Below, one piece after another: positions 6,285 through 15,051 of a DNA stretch of 64,000 nt. The DNA is from a virus. Location: the IMG/VR virus record IMGVR_UViG_3300042445_001170, positions 32,001-96,000 of that record. One strand, written 5' to 3'. The translations under genes were made by a program, and so were the position numbers. The notes beneath the pieces are model-generated. The model searched no databases. It was not told where the DNA came from and saw only the letters and a program-made list of their open reading frames with translations. The stretch's first letter is position 1, and each line of letters begins with the position of its first letter.

Positions 6285-6820
6285 TATAGCGTTTCTCCGC
6301 CAAGAGGTCTATTGCATGCACAAAGCTCACCAGTTTGGAGGGCATCTAGAACACGCAATGCTTCTCCTGCATTACGACCTACATCTAAGTTGTTGCATGT
6401 TACATGCTGAATAATGTTATCTGGATCTATAATAAATGTTGCACGGTATGTGACGCCAGATGAGTGATGTACTCCTAGATCGTTTGCTAAAGCGTGTGAT
6501 GTGTCTGCAAAAGACCATGAGTTAGTTTTCTTAAGATCTTCATGGGCATTTCTCCATGCAATTTTGCAGAACTCATTGTCCACTGATCCAGTCATAAGCA
6601 CTGCATCTCTGTCATTAAAGTCATTTACTAATGCATCGTAGGCAACAATTTCTGTTGGGCAAACAAATGTAAAATCTTTTGGATAGAAAGCAATGATCTT
6701 CCATTTTCCTGGGAATGAGTCTTGTGTCAACACTTCAAATGAGCTATCTTCATAAGATAAAGCCCCTGGCTTAACTCCAGTTACTGCGAAGTTGCCTAAT
6801 TTCTCTCCTACTGTTTTCAT
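6284..6820 (-). CDS. ahpC: peroxiredoxin AhpC
   Basis: FYPKDFTFVCPTE, VGRN, GELCACN. Confidence 0.95.
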   Translation of the reverse strand: MKTVGEKLGNFAVTGVKPGALSYEDSSFEVLTQDSFPGKWKIIAFYPKDFTFVCPTEIVAYDALVNDFNDRDAVLMTGSVDNEFCKIAWRNAHEDLKKTNSWSFADTSHALANDLGVHHSSGVTYRATFIIDPDNIIQHVTCNNLDVGRNAGEALRVLDALQTGELCACNRPLGGETL

Positions 6821-6906
6821 ATTACTACCGAATCTAATACAATGTCTACAGCATCATCCAATGATGTAGTGTGTTCTTTGGAACAATTACCGCATTCTTT
6901 ACACAC
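6817..6906 (-). CDS. 29-aa Cys peptide MCKECGNCSKEH...
   Basis: GTG start; TGA overlaps ahpC ATG. Confidence 0.55.
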   Translation of the reverse strand: MCKECGNCSKEHTTSLDDAVDIVLDSVVI

Positions 6907-6908
6907 GG

Positions 6909-7115
6909 TTAAACTTTCTTTCTGCCGCTTTTCTTTGGAGGTCTAGGTACTAAGCTAGTCTCTCTTCGTATCCCATGTTTATTTGTATCAATCTTAACAC
7001 CTTGTCTTGGATACCTTTTAGGTGTACTTGTGCTTGTGACAGCACCAGCTGGTGCACCAGCATTTGCTGGTGGCACCATGCCAGTACCATCTTCTTTTTT
7101 TAAACTATCTGACAC
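6909..7115 (-). CDS. 68-aa low-complexity basic peptide
   Basis: ORF track; GTG overlaps upstream TAG. Confidence 0.65.
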   Translation of the reverse strand: MSDSLKKEDGTGMVPPANAGAPAGAVTSTSTPKRYPRQGVKIDTNKHGIRRETSLVPRPPKKSGRKKV

Positions 7116-7246
7116 TAATCTATGTCCTGTCCATTTGCGCCTTTTGGCTCTGACATTTCGTGTGTCGATGATTCTTCTATTTCCACAGACATCATTCCTG
7201 ACGCTGATCCAATAGAGTTAGACTGACAACCGCATTCAATACACAT
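7115..7246 (-). CDS. 43-aa peptide with N-terminal MCIECGC
   Basis: TAATG coupling upstream, TAGTG coupling downstream. Confidence 0.6.
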   Translation of the reverse strand: MCIECGCQSNSIGSASGMMSVEIEESSTHEMSEPKGANGQDID

Positions 7247-7425
7247 TAGTTGCAGTTCTCACAATCTTTTATTGCACATTCGGCATCGCCTCTTGTGTCT
7301 CTAGTGCATTCTGCTCCAGACTTAGCTGGGGCTGCAACTGGTGCAACTGCAGGTGTTGCTACTACTGCGGCTACTGCTGCTTCTACTGATGCAGCAACAA
7401 CTTCTTCTTTATCAAATAGACCCAT
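7246..7425 (-). CDS. 59-aa Ala/Val-rich peptide with C-terminal 4-Cys cluster
   Basis: MGLFDKEEV...ECTRDTRGDAECAIKDCENCN. Confidence 0.6.
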   Translation of the reverse strand: MGLFDKEEVVAASVEAAVAAVVATPAVAPVAAPAKSGAECTRDTRGDAECAIKDCENCN

Positions 7426-7427
7426 TT

Positions 7428-7577
7428 TTACTTTGGGCCCTGTGCTGATGCTTGGTTAGAAACATCTGTTGCTGGAAATGCGGCTGCTGGCGCCTCTGTG
7501 TAGTTCTCTGTTGCCCATGGTGATGATCCTGCTGGCTTTGTTTCATTAAATCCTTTTAAATCTTTTCCGTCTGACAT
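7428..7577 (-). CDS. 49-aa low-complexity peptide
   Basis: AGGAG SD; upstream TGcTATAAT promoter near 7634-7642 and 5' hairpin. Confidence 0.65.
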   Translation of the reverse strand: MSDGKDLKGFNETKPAGSSPWATENYTEAPAAAFPATDVSNQASAQGPK

Positions 7578-7658
7578 GTTGTGCTCCTATAGGTTATTTA
7601 TTTAAACGGGACTAGTATTCCGCTTATGGATCTATTATAGCATTTGGTTGATTAAAAC

Positions 7659-8477
7659 CTACTCGTTGCTATTTTCCCAGCCATACCATGGCTTTACTCC
7701 ACTATCAGATTTATTGTCCAAGACTATGCCCTTTGAGACAGATTCCTCTAGCATTTCTTTTGTTATTTCCACTTCTGTTTCATACATTGGCCTTACTCTA
7801 GGCCTCATCTTGTCCCGCTCATGATAAAGGAATGAAATCATATTAATTCTTTCGCCAGACTCAACTTTTTTTACTCCATGTGGTAGGCTGTAGTCGCCTT
7901 CAAAAAAGACTAAGGTTCCTGTTTTTGGCTTATATTCAAAATCTTGGAATGGGAAAAACAGCTCCCCACCAGTATACTCTTCATTTAAATATAAAAGTGC
8001 CGCTCTATCTTCGTATTCATGCTCTCTTATTTTAAGCCCGCCTTCTGAATCAACATAGTGGTTGTCCATGTGAAGCTTATTTTCTGCTCCTGGCTTCATG
8101 TGACTATAAAACATGCTTTTTGCAACAAATGGAGTTCCATAGAAATCTGAAACCGCTTTAACCATTGAAACCGATATCAATTGAAATAGATCTAGGCTTA
8201 AATCATATGCTGGGTCACCAGTATATTTAGAAACATATTCGTATGGGGTAACGGCATTTCCAGACAATCCGCCAGATATATATTGATTATGCGGTGTCAC
8301 TGTAAGGTATTGATTTTGTATTGCTGTTAGCATTTTTGCTGTATGTGGTGATATAAAGTTTTCAACAACATGTATTTTATCAAAATAAGTTTTTACTTCT
8401 TTAAAGTAATATCTATCTGGGTCCTCAAGAAAAGGTCTATCTTGATCTAACATATTTATTCCTCTATCTGTGCCCAT
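7659..8477 (-). CDS. prolyl-4-hydroxylase-like 2OG-Fe(II) oxygenase
   Basis: HMD...LYLN.EYTGGEL.F...HGV..V.SG.R. Confidence 0.85.
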   Translation of the reverse strand: MGTDRGINMLDQDRPFLEDPDRYYFKEVKTYFDKIHVVENFISPHTAKMLTAIQNQYLTVTPHNQYISGGLSGNAVTPYEYVSKYTGDPAYDLSLDLFQLISVSMVKAVSDFYGTPFVAKSMFYSHMKPGAENKLHMDNHYVDSEGGLKIREHEYEDRAALLYLNEEYTGGELFFPFQDFEYKPKTGTLVFFEGDYSLPHGVKKVESGERINMISFLYHERDKMRPRVRPMYETEVEITKEMLEESVSKGIVLDNKSDSGVKPWYGWENSNE

Positions 8478-8704
8478 GGCGTTGCTCTATGCATGCCAGA
8501 ATATTTACAAGGGCAAGCAATTCTGAATGGCCCTTCGAACTTAAGTCTTGTTTTAATATCAATTTGAGTTAAGCAGTCTGGACATATAAAAGTTGCAGAT
8601 ATCCAGTGCCCAGCTATCGGGTTATTTTCTTCTGTTTCTTTTTTATACTTTTCGTTTAGTTCAACTGCTAGCTTAACTTGACTTTCAAGACTATCTTTTT
8701 TCAA
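8456..8704 (-). CDS. zinc-ribbon protein
   Basis: CPDC...CPC. Confidence 0.6.
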   Translation of the reverse strand: MKKDSLESQVKLAVELNEKYKKETEENNPIAGHWISATFICPDCLTQIDIKTRLKFEGPFRIACPCKYSGMHRATPWAQIEE

Positions 8705-8823
8705 TTTTTATACTTTTCGTTATAATGTTCCTTACAGATCTCTATCATTTTAGAATCTGTCGTGGTTATATACTTAGGCTCTTGTTCACAATCTTTAATC
8801 TCACAAGTGTTGCTAATCATTAA

Positions 8824-8964
8824 TTACTTTGAACCTTGTGCTTTCTGTCCACGGTAACCAGTTTTTTTAATATTCATTGATCCTGGCTTTTTTTGACCGC
8901 TGGCGTATGTGGCAGCCTGTCTTTGTGCTAATGCACGTTGCATTTTTTCTAAATGTTTTCCCAT
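8824..8964 (-). CDS. 46-aa basic peptide MGKHLEKMQRALAQRQ...KKPGSMNIKKTGY
   Basis: ATG overlaps upstream TAA. Confidence 0.6.
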   Translation of the reverse strand: MGKHLEKMQRALAQRQAATYASGQKKPGSMNIKKTGYRGQKAQGSK

Positions 8965-9182
8965 TATTTAACCTTATGTCCAAACTTTGACCAAAGTCTT
9001 TCATGTAAAAAATAACCGATCATTTCGCATGCCGTGTAAATAATAGCAAATGTACCAGCATACTCCCAATGAGCTTCGCCAGTTATAGCCTTTTCAAAGA
9101 AATAGACCATCGTGCCAACAAATCCAATATGAACTGCTGGCCAAGTAATTGACTTATATAAACTTCTTTTGTTTGATTCCAT
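8964..9182 (-). CDS. DUF2061-like small membrane protein
   Basis: MES.KRSL.K.ITW...Y..HER.W; leaderless. Confidence 0.75.
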   Translation of the reverse strand: MESNKRSLYKSITWPAVHIGFVGTMVYFFEKAITGEAHWEYAGTFAIIYTACEMIGYFLHERLWSKFGHKVK

Positions 9183-9204
9183 AATCCAATTCTATCATTT
9201 AAGT

Positions 9205-9240
9205 ATTAAAGGGGCAAGACCTAAGTCCTGCCCCTTTAAT
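9205..9240 (-). terminator. intrinsic terminator after surface-protein gene
   Basis: ATTAAAGGGGCA(G/A)GAC inverted repeat. Confidence 0.75.
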
Positions 9241-9249
9241 TGAAGCTAT

Positions 9250-10350
9250 TTACTTCTTTAATGCTACCTTCAACTTAGGGAACTTCTTGTTCCACTTAGT
9301 TGCAAGCGCATTGTATTCCGCCTTGTACTTTGCTGCTGCTGTTGCAGTAGCAAGATCCGATGCAACCTTTGCGGTTACTGTTGCTGAGTCAGATGCTGCC
9401 TTTGCGTCTGCAAGTGCCTTATCTGCTGCAACCTTATCGGCTGCACGTCCAGCCTTTTCTGCTGCAAGAACATTAGCTGCTGCTTGTGCATCAAGTGCAC
9501 GTCCAGCCTTTTCTGCTGCAAGCTGTGCAGTAAGAGTTGCAACTGTTCCATTAAGATCAGATACTGTGAATGCAGCCTGTGCTGCCTTAACTGGTGCTGT
9601 AAGACCAGTTACTGTTGCTGCTGATGAAGCACCTGTTACTACTACTGTAACTGTTCCTGCTACGCCAACTGCTAATGAGGCTGTCTTAGAGCCTGCTACT
9701 AGTGTTGTGTCTGCAGTTGCTTCTGCTGTTGTTGATGTAACGAGTGTCTTTGTAACTGTTCCATCAGAGAATGTTGAACCAATTACTGTTGCTGTAATTG
9801 TTTCTCCTGTCAGAATTGCGTTACCAAAAACGTCTGATGCTGACACTGTGATTGTAGGGATTGTTCCAACTGCTGATGCTGCTGGCACTGCAACTGCAAC
9901 ATTTGATGCTGCTCCTGCTGTTCCCTTGATGTATACGACTGTTGAATATCCGCCGTTAGTAATTGTAACTGTTCCAACCTTTACGCTTGTTGTATAAGCG
10001 TAAACTGTTAGCGCTGAGCCAGCAGAAGTTACTGAGAGTGTTGATACACCTGACGCAATTGTCTTTGGTGCATCTGTTGTGTGTAGAGCAGTTACAAGCT
10101 TAATTGTATCTGATGCTACAAAAGATACTACTGTTCCAGTATCTGCTGTTGCTGCTAATGCCACAGATGTTCCAGATGTGATCTGGTTAGCTGAAGGTAC
10201 CGCCACTGTTGCAGGCGCTGCAGATGTTGTTGCGTTAGTTACTGTTGCTACTGTAACGGCTAAAGGTGCTGCCGAAACTGGTGCTACAGAAACGCTGATG
10301 ATTGCTAGAGCTGCAGCAGTAACAATCGATAGTTTCTTAAATGACTTCAT
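9250..10350 (-). CDS. secreted Ala/Thr/Val-rich S-layer-like surface protein
   Basis: Signal peptide MKSFKKLSIVTAAALA, Ig-like beta region, coiled coil, C-terminal YNALATKWNKKFPKLKVALKK. Confidence 0.7.
   Translation of the reverse strand: MKSFKKLSIVTAAALAIISVSVAPVSAAPLAVTVATVTNATTSAAPATVAVPSANQITSGTSVALAATADTGTVVSFVASDTIKLVTALHTTDAPKTIASGVSTLSVTSAGSALTVYAYTTSVKVGTVTITNGGYSTVVYIKGTAGAASNVAVAVPAASAVGTIPTITVSASDVFGNAILTGETITATVIGSTFSDGTVTKTLVTSTTAEATADTTLVAGSKTASLAVGVAGTVTVVVTGASSAATVTGLTAPVKAAQAAFTVSDLNGTVATLTAQLAAEKAGRALDAQAAANVLAAEKAGRAADKVAADKALADAKAASDSATVTAKVASDLATATAAAKYKAEYNALATKWNKKFPKLKVALKK
9442..9522. repeat. 27-bp exact direct repeat (9442-9468, 9496-9522) encoding LAAEKAGRA
   Basis: tgcacgtccagccttttctgctgcaag twice, 54 bp apart. 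Confidence 0.85.
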
Positions 10351-10397
10351 TTAATTTATTCTCCTTATTTCCTCTGCCTCTTGATGAGAACAGAAAT

Positions 10398-10598
10398 TTA
10401 GTTTAGTTCTATTACTTTTACTTGGAATGAGCACGGATCTCCGCCTTCATCCCATTCTTGCATTTCTTCTTCTGTCATTGGCGGACCATCATGTGTATTA
10501 CAAAATACATCTGATATCCAGCCTCTGTCATAACCATTCTTGAGCCATATTTCAAACTCTACATGATTAATGTATCCTTCATCAGGGTCTAGATCCAT
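10398..10598 (-). CDS. hypothetical protein
   Basis: ORF track; C.THDG...GGDPC. Confidence 0.7.
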   Translation of the reverse strand: MDLDPDEGYINHVEFEIWLKNGYDRGWISDVFCNTHDGPPMTEEEMQEWDEGGDPCSFQVKVIELN

Positions 10599-10891
10599 TC
10601 TGAAAGCTCCTCTAAAATGAGATGCTTAGGCTTGGCGCCAACAATAGTTTTAATTGGCTTCCCAGACTTAAATAGTACCATATACGGGATAGTGGTTACA
10701 GAGTATTCTGCTGACTTGATGGGATTCTCATCAACATTTAACTTTCCAATCCATAATCCACGCTCATTTGATATCTCGTCTAGTATTGGAGATACCTTTT
10801 TGCATGGACCACACCATGGGGCCCAAAAGTCGATAAGAACTAAGTTGTGTGACTCAAGAACTTTATCAAAACTTTCATCTGTAACGATCAA
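10589..10891 (-). CDS. trxA: thioredoxin
   Basis: DFWAPWCGPCK. Confidence 0.95.
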   Translation of the reverse strand: MIVTDESFDKVLESHNLVLIDFWAPWCGPCKKVSPILDEISNERGLWIGKLNVDENPIKSAEYSVTTIPYMVLFKSGKPIKTIVGAKPKHLILEELSEWI

Positions 10892-10892
10892 C

Positions 10893-11102
10893 TTACTCTC
10901 CCTTTAATTCATCCGCTGCTTTATTAAATTTATTCATAAATGTTTGGATTACCCAAACTGCGGTTTCTCCTGCATTAACTGACATCGCTTTTGAAGCATC
11001 TTCAGTTCTATCTTCGATAGCAAGGGCGTTGTACCATTTCTGGTACAACTCCTCACCAATCTCTTTAATAATTTCTTCAAGTACGGTTAGCTTGTTATCC
11101 AT
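10893..11102 (-). CDS. hypothetical protein
   Basis: ORF track. Confidence 0.7.
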   Translation of the reverse strand: MDNKLTVLEEIIKEIGEELYQKWYNALAIEDRTEDASKAMSVNAGETAVWVIQTFMNKFNKAADELKGE

Positions 11103-12240
11103 TTAGTCGTGCTAACTGCGCTGATTTATATGCAGCAAGTTTATCTGCTGCTGCTTTTACTGTAGCATCATATTCTGCTTGTGCTACTGCAATCGCTTTG
11201 TCAATCTCAGCCTTTAAAGCTGTCTGTGCTGCAGCTTTTGCTGCTGCATCTGCTGCTGCTTTTTGTGCAGCAAGTTCTGCTGGTGTGGGGCCAACTGCAA
11301 CAGGCTTGTATGCAAGTGCTCCGTTGATATTGATCAGTTTATTAAACTTACCCTGTCTTCCAACTGTAGAAGATGTAGTTGAACGAAAAGCATTTAGCAA
11401 TTGATCATATGTATATGAAGGATTTGCTGACTTTAGCTGAATCCATTGGGCTCCCGCTACTTGAATTGAAGCAGATGATCCTGAGATATTTTTTGCAACG
11501 TTACCAACTCCAGGAACTGTAAAGAAGCCTGGTGCAAAGAAATCTAGCTTTTCAGTGTCATTATTGCTATTAACTGAAATTTCATTTTGCTGGTCTACAT
11601 AACCGACAGAAATTGATTCATCTAAACATGCTGGCCAATCGATGCGCTTGTAGTCACGGCCATTTCCTGAAGGGAAAAAGGTTGGAATACCAATAGAAAT
11701 CAAATCTTTAACCGACTGCTGTGTTGTTGGAGTTTTTGGACAGTAGTCAGTTCCTACTGGACCAAGATTATGCATTCCTTGAGACATTGTGACGGCTTGA
11801 ATATTGTACTTAGAAGCATTGGCCTTTACCCAGTTAAGTGCATTGTACACTGCTGCTTCGCCAGCATTTTGTCTCATTCCAGTTGCTGTGTTACCAATAA
11901 TCTTAATAAAAACAATATTTACGTTTGGGTTTGTTTTTACAAAAACAGATGTCATGAGTGTTCCGTGATCAAATCCGCCAAGAGCTATTAGGTTTGCAGG
12001 CATTGAAGCCGCACCCTTGCCCTCCATAAATGATTGTCCATTTGGACATGTTGTCCACTCTAGAATACAAACTTCTTGAATAATTTTACCTTGAAATGCT
12101 GGTAGCGATGTGTCAATTGCTGTATCTAGAACAGCAACTGCTGGTGTTGAACCTGTACGGTTCTGTAGTCCCGCTGCATGAGCGGTTGTAGGTACTGCTA
12201 GTGTGATTGCGATTAACGCAGCTATTAGTTTTTTATTCAT
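11095..12240 (-). CDS. secreted subtilisin-like S8 peptidase
   Basis: Signal peptide, VAVLDT, HGT, SGN, SGSS; Ala-rich C-terminal helix. Confidence 0.85.
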   Translation of the reverse strand: MNKKLIAALIAITLAVPTTAHAAGLQNRTGSTPAVAVLDTAIDTSLPAFQGKIIQEVCILEWTTCPNGQSFMEGKGAASMPANLIALGGFDHGTLMTSVFVKTNPNVNIVFIKIIGNTATGMRQNAGEAAVYNALNWVKANASKYNIQAVTMSQGMHNLGPVGTDYCPKTPTTQQSVKDLISIGIPTFFPSGNGRDYKRIDWPACLDESISVGYVDQQNEISVNSNNDTEKLDFFAPGFFTVPGVGNVAKNISGSSASIQVAGAQWIQLKSANPSYTYDQLLNAFRSTTSSTVGRQGKFNKLININGALAYKPVAVGPTPAELAAQKAAADAAAKAAAQTALKAEIDKAIAVAQAEYDATVKAAADKLAAYKSAQLARLNG

Positions 12241-12246
12241 GCCTTA

Positions 12247-12274
12247 ATTCTACTAAATATCAGCAGGATGTCAA
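12247..12274 (-). promoter_or_regulatory. SigA-type promoter, leaderless
   Basis: TTGACA-16-TAGAAT-6-ATG. Confidence 0.75.
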
Positions 12275-12450
12275 GGGGTTTCTGTGGTTCTTTTATACCA
12301 TTTTCCGCTATCTAGCGATTCTGTAGGCTGCATTGGAGCCATTCCTTGTGTTTCTAATAAATTAGATATACTTAAAGTAAGCAACTCAATATGCATTTCC
12401 ATTCTAACAACAGTCAGTTCAAGCTGCCTTAATCTTTCCGACTTTCTCAT
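12271..12450 (-). CDS. 59-aa hypothetical protein MRKSERLRQLEL...
   Basis: ATGA coupling with upstream gene. Confidence 0.6.
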   Translation of the reverse strand: MRKSERLRQLELTVVRMEMHIELLTLSISNLLETQGMAPMQPTESLDSGKWYKRTTETP

Positions 12451-12803
12451 TCCTGTATCTCTCTATCTAGTAGTGTTGGTGCTGTTGCCATGCTTCCGCA
12501 GTTGGCACATTCCATATCAAGAAAGTATGTTGCTATTTCAAACTCTTCAAATATAACCTTTACGTTCCAGATGTTACATCCGCATGGACATAAATGTGTT
12601 GGAGCCCCTCTTAAATCCATTGCATGATCATAGTTTTCTGGCTTAAGATCCATAATGTCTATAGGGTATTTTCTTTGTTGGGACTGCTCTTCTATCTCTT
12701 CTAATTTATTTATATAATAAATTCCAACACTGTACCTAGCTTTTACCCACTTAATTGCAGATATGATTGAAAAAGCTATAAGTATGTACGCAACAGTCTT
12801 CAT
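12447..12803 (-). CDS. TM plus zinc-ribbon protein
   Basis: HLCPCGC...ECANCG. Confidence 0.7.
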   Translation of the reverse strand: MKTVAYILIAFSIISAIKWVKARYSVGIYYINKLEEIEEQSQQRKYPIDIMDLKPENYDHAMDLRGAPTHLCPCGCNIWNVKVIFEEFEIATYFLDMECANCGSMATAPTLLDREIQE

Positions 12804-12817
12804 GAATCAATTATACA

Positions 12818-13375
12818 CTAAACTTGAATATATGTATAGGGTGCTGCCACGCTCATATTAAACTCAGTTGCTGCTTCTAATGCCGCCTTTAGGCGTAAGC
12901 GTGGATTCTTCTGATTCTTAGTAGCGTATAAAGCTCCTAGGGCTATCATTCCACCGCTACCTTCTGCCATATAGTTTACAACATTTTCTCCAACATGAAA
13001 GTCTTCATCTATAGTAAAGATTCTTCCGCATACACCGACAATAAAAATTCCACCAGTATCTTCTTCTGATGAGGAGCCAATGCTTCCATATCCATTATCC
13101 TTAAACGCAGCTTTAACTGAATCAATAAATTTAGTTCTCATAAATTTATCTAGGCCAGAATTTGTTTTTGTTGGAGTATACTTTGGTGGTGTCCAAGAAT
13201 ACTGTAGTATTTGTCCCATGCGAAACGAGTCTGTAAAAGCAACTCCGTATTGCCCAACTTTAAAAACCTTTGGTTCTTTTCGTGACAGGATCCACCCAGT
13301 TTTATCATCTGATGCGGCATGGTCTGATCCCATGTAGACGACACCATTTTGGGCAATAGCAACAATACAAGTCAT
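12818..13375 (-). CDS. HslV/proteasome-like Ntn-hydrolase
   Basis: MTCIVAI..G.D......K...A.GSGG..ALGAL. Confidence 0.75.
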   Translation of the reverse strand: MTCIVAIAQNGVVYMGSDHAASDDKTGWILSRKEPKVFKVGQYGVAFTDSFRMGQILQYSWTPPKYTPTKTNSGLDKFMRTKFIDSVKAAFKDNGYGSIGSSSEEDTGGIFIVGVCGRIFTIDEDFHVGENVVNYMAEGSGGMIALGALYATKNQKNPRLRLKAALEAATEFNMSVAAPYTYIQV

Positions 13376-13407
13376 GCTATTAGTATACTATTTCTATATT
13401 TGTAGGG

Positions 13408-13716
13408 CTAGTCCTCATTGGAATGAATTTCTATATGTGTCAATTTAAGCATAGTTCCCTCTAGCTCTGCCTTTACCTGAATTAATTCCTGCAAGGCTTC
13501 AAAATATTTATCTTTCCATTCATTCAGATCTTTCTCTAATTTATAGAGCTTAATCTGAAGGTCCTTAATTTCTAATAAGAGCTGATCGTGTGCTTTGTCT
13601 GCTAATTGTGCAATTTTATCTTTTTTTACTCGCCTAGAGTTCACCCACGCAGTAAATACACCACTTATAGATGCAGCGAACAGAGTTATTAATATCTGAA
13701 TTATAGAGATCTTCAT
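13408..13716 (-). CDS. TM plus coiled-coil membrane protein
   Basis: N-terminal TM, heptad repeats. Confidence 0.7.
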   Translation of the reverse strand: MKISIIQILITLFAASISGVFTAWVNSRRVKKDKIAQLADKAHDQLLLEIKDLQIKLYKLEKDLNEWKDKYFEALQELIQVKAELEGTMLKLTHIEIHSNED

Positions 13717-13746
13717 TATACCTATAATTATACCTTATTATTTATG

Positions 13747-13983
13747 TTAAATTAATAACTCAGATGCCGTTATGTCTAGTCCGATATACTTCTTTTTTGC
13801 AATATATTCTTTAACATGCTCAGCGCCATATTGTCTGCCAGCCAAAATAATTATCCATCTTGGCTCAATTTTATTTTCCGTACAGGATTTGCAAAGAAGT
13901 AAATTAATTGGCATAAGCAATGATTTTTTTGCAGCGAGCTCATTCTTGCTCTTATTACATGAGTAACATAAAACTTTATCCAT
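13747..13983 (-). CDS. zinc-finger protein (start ATG 13983)
   Basis: CYSC...CKSC. Confidence 0.7.
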   Translation of the reverse strand: MDKVLCYSCNKSKNELAAKKSLLMPINLLLCKSCTENKIEPRWIIILAGRQYGAEHVKEYIAKKKYIGLDITASELLI

Positions 13984-14296
13984 TATTTTTTCCCCCAGGC
14001 TTTCCTTCAAGCTCTACTCTAACACCATATGATTCCAAAATATTTTTTACCATTTCTACATACTCTATAACTCTGACTCTCATTGAGCCGTCGTATTGTG
14101 CAAAATTATCTTCGTAAAGCCTTATTGCTAGGAACTCTGGATACTTTACAATGTCCATCTGCAAGTTGCCGTCTGGCTTTTTCAGCTCCCTTATTTTAAG
14201 TGCCATGTCCTTATTATAAAATGTTGGCTTATTTGGTTCACCAGTCCACTCATTGACACCGTATTTAAAATGATCTTTATTCTTATCAATAAACAT
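13976..14296 (-). CDS. hypothetical protein
   Basis: ORF track. Confidence 0.75.
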   Translation of the reverse strand: MFIDKNKDHFKYGVNEWTGEPNKPTFYNKDMALKIRELKKPDGNLQMDIVKYPEFLAIRLYEDNFAQYDGSMRVRVIEYVEMVKNILESYGVRVELEGKPGGKNNG

Positions 14297-14597
14297 GCTT
14301 TTCCTTTATTCTTTTCCATACTTCTTTTGTCTTATGTGCATTTCTAACTTTGTCATGAGACCCAGAATTTAAATAAACTCCACCCCATACTCCATAATCA
14401 CTATTTGATACCCCGCTGTCATAGCATAACTTAATGACTGGGCACGATAGGCATGCCTCGTCTATGCTTTTTGCTATATTGACATCTGCTTCATACTTAT
14501 CAAAAAAAAGATTAGTGTCCATTCCCAAGCAAAGGGCTAGCTTGTACCAATCTAAATTATCTTCATCTACATTTAAACTATTTAAAATATTTGACAT
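14286..14597 (-). CDS. whiB: WhiB-family Fe-S transcription factor (start ATG 14597)
   Basis: W...A.C......FF...C..CPV...C......GVWGG. Confidence 0.92.
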   Translation of the reverse strand: MSNILNSLNVDEDNLDWYKLALCLGMDTNLFFDKYEADVNIAKSIDEACLSCPVIKLCYDSGVSNSDYGVWGGVYLNSGSHDKVRNAHKTKEVWKRIKEKHVY

Positions 14598-14811
14598 ATC
14601 GTTTTGGCAGTTCCCAGATTCCTTCACGGCTGACAGAAATCTTTTCTGCCTTACCCCAAGCATCTTTCCTATACATGCCTTTTACATCAGTATAGCCGCC
14701 ACTATCTTTTTTCCAAATTACAAGATCATAGTTATTCCAAAACGATTCTTGTAACTTTGTTTGAGATCTTTTAATAAAAACCTCAACACCTTTCTCCGTT
14801 AGATGTAACAA
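14578..14811 (-). CDS. hypothetical protein (TTG start 14811)
   Basis: Longer ORF-track N-terminus overlaps tRNAs. Confidence 0.65.
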   Translation of the reverse strand: MLHLTEKGVEVFIKRSQTKLQESFWNNYDLVIWKKDSGGYTDVKGMYRKDAWGKAEKISVSREGIWELPKRYVKYFK

Positions 14812-14831
14812 ATTACTTTTACCTTTTCTAG

Positions 14832-14913
14832 TACCCGAAGTCGGACTTGAACCGACATGCGATGAAGCAACAAATTTTAAGTCTGTCGTGTATACCGATT
14901 CCACCATTCGGGC
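14832..14913 (-). tRNA. tRNA-Leu(UAA)
   Basis: ACAGA-CTTAAAA-TTTGT, long variable arm. Confidence 0.92.
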
Positions 14914-14918
14914 GTACG

Positions 14919-14991
14919 CTGGTCCACCAGGTCTCGATCCTGGGACATCCAAATTAACAGTTTGGCGCTCTACCAACTGAGCTATGGACCA
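14919..14991 (-). tRNA. tRNA-Asn(GUU), T loop ATCGAGA
   Basis: CCAAA-CTGTTAA-TTTGG, U1-A72. Confidence 0.9.
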
Positions 14992-14997
14992 CTACGC

Positions 14998-15048
14998 ACA
15001 AAACCGCTGTACTATGTAAGTATACACGGGAAACAGCGGGTTTGTCAA
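14998..15048 (-). promoter_or_regulatory. tRNA promoter with -10 inside a 13-bp inverted repeat
   Basis: TTGACA-18-TATACT; ACAAACCCGCTGT...ACAGCGGTTTTGT. Confidence 0.7.
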
Positions 15049-15051
15049 CGA

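Noticed and set aside
9287-10354. Long plus-strand ORFs (236 aa and 91 aa) and similar plus-strand ORFs throughout
   Set aside because: Antisense shadows of Ala/Thr-rich or biased-codon minus-strand genes; no SD or promoter support
14812-14976. N-terminal extension of ORF 14578..14976
   Set aside because: It is a translation of tRNA-Asn and tRNA-Leu; real start is about 14811
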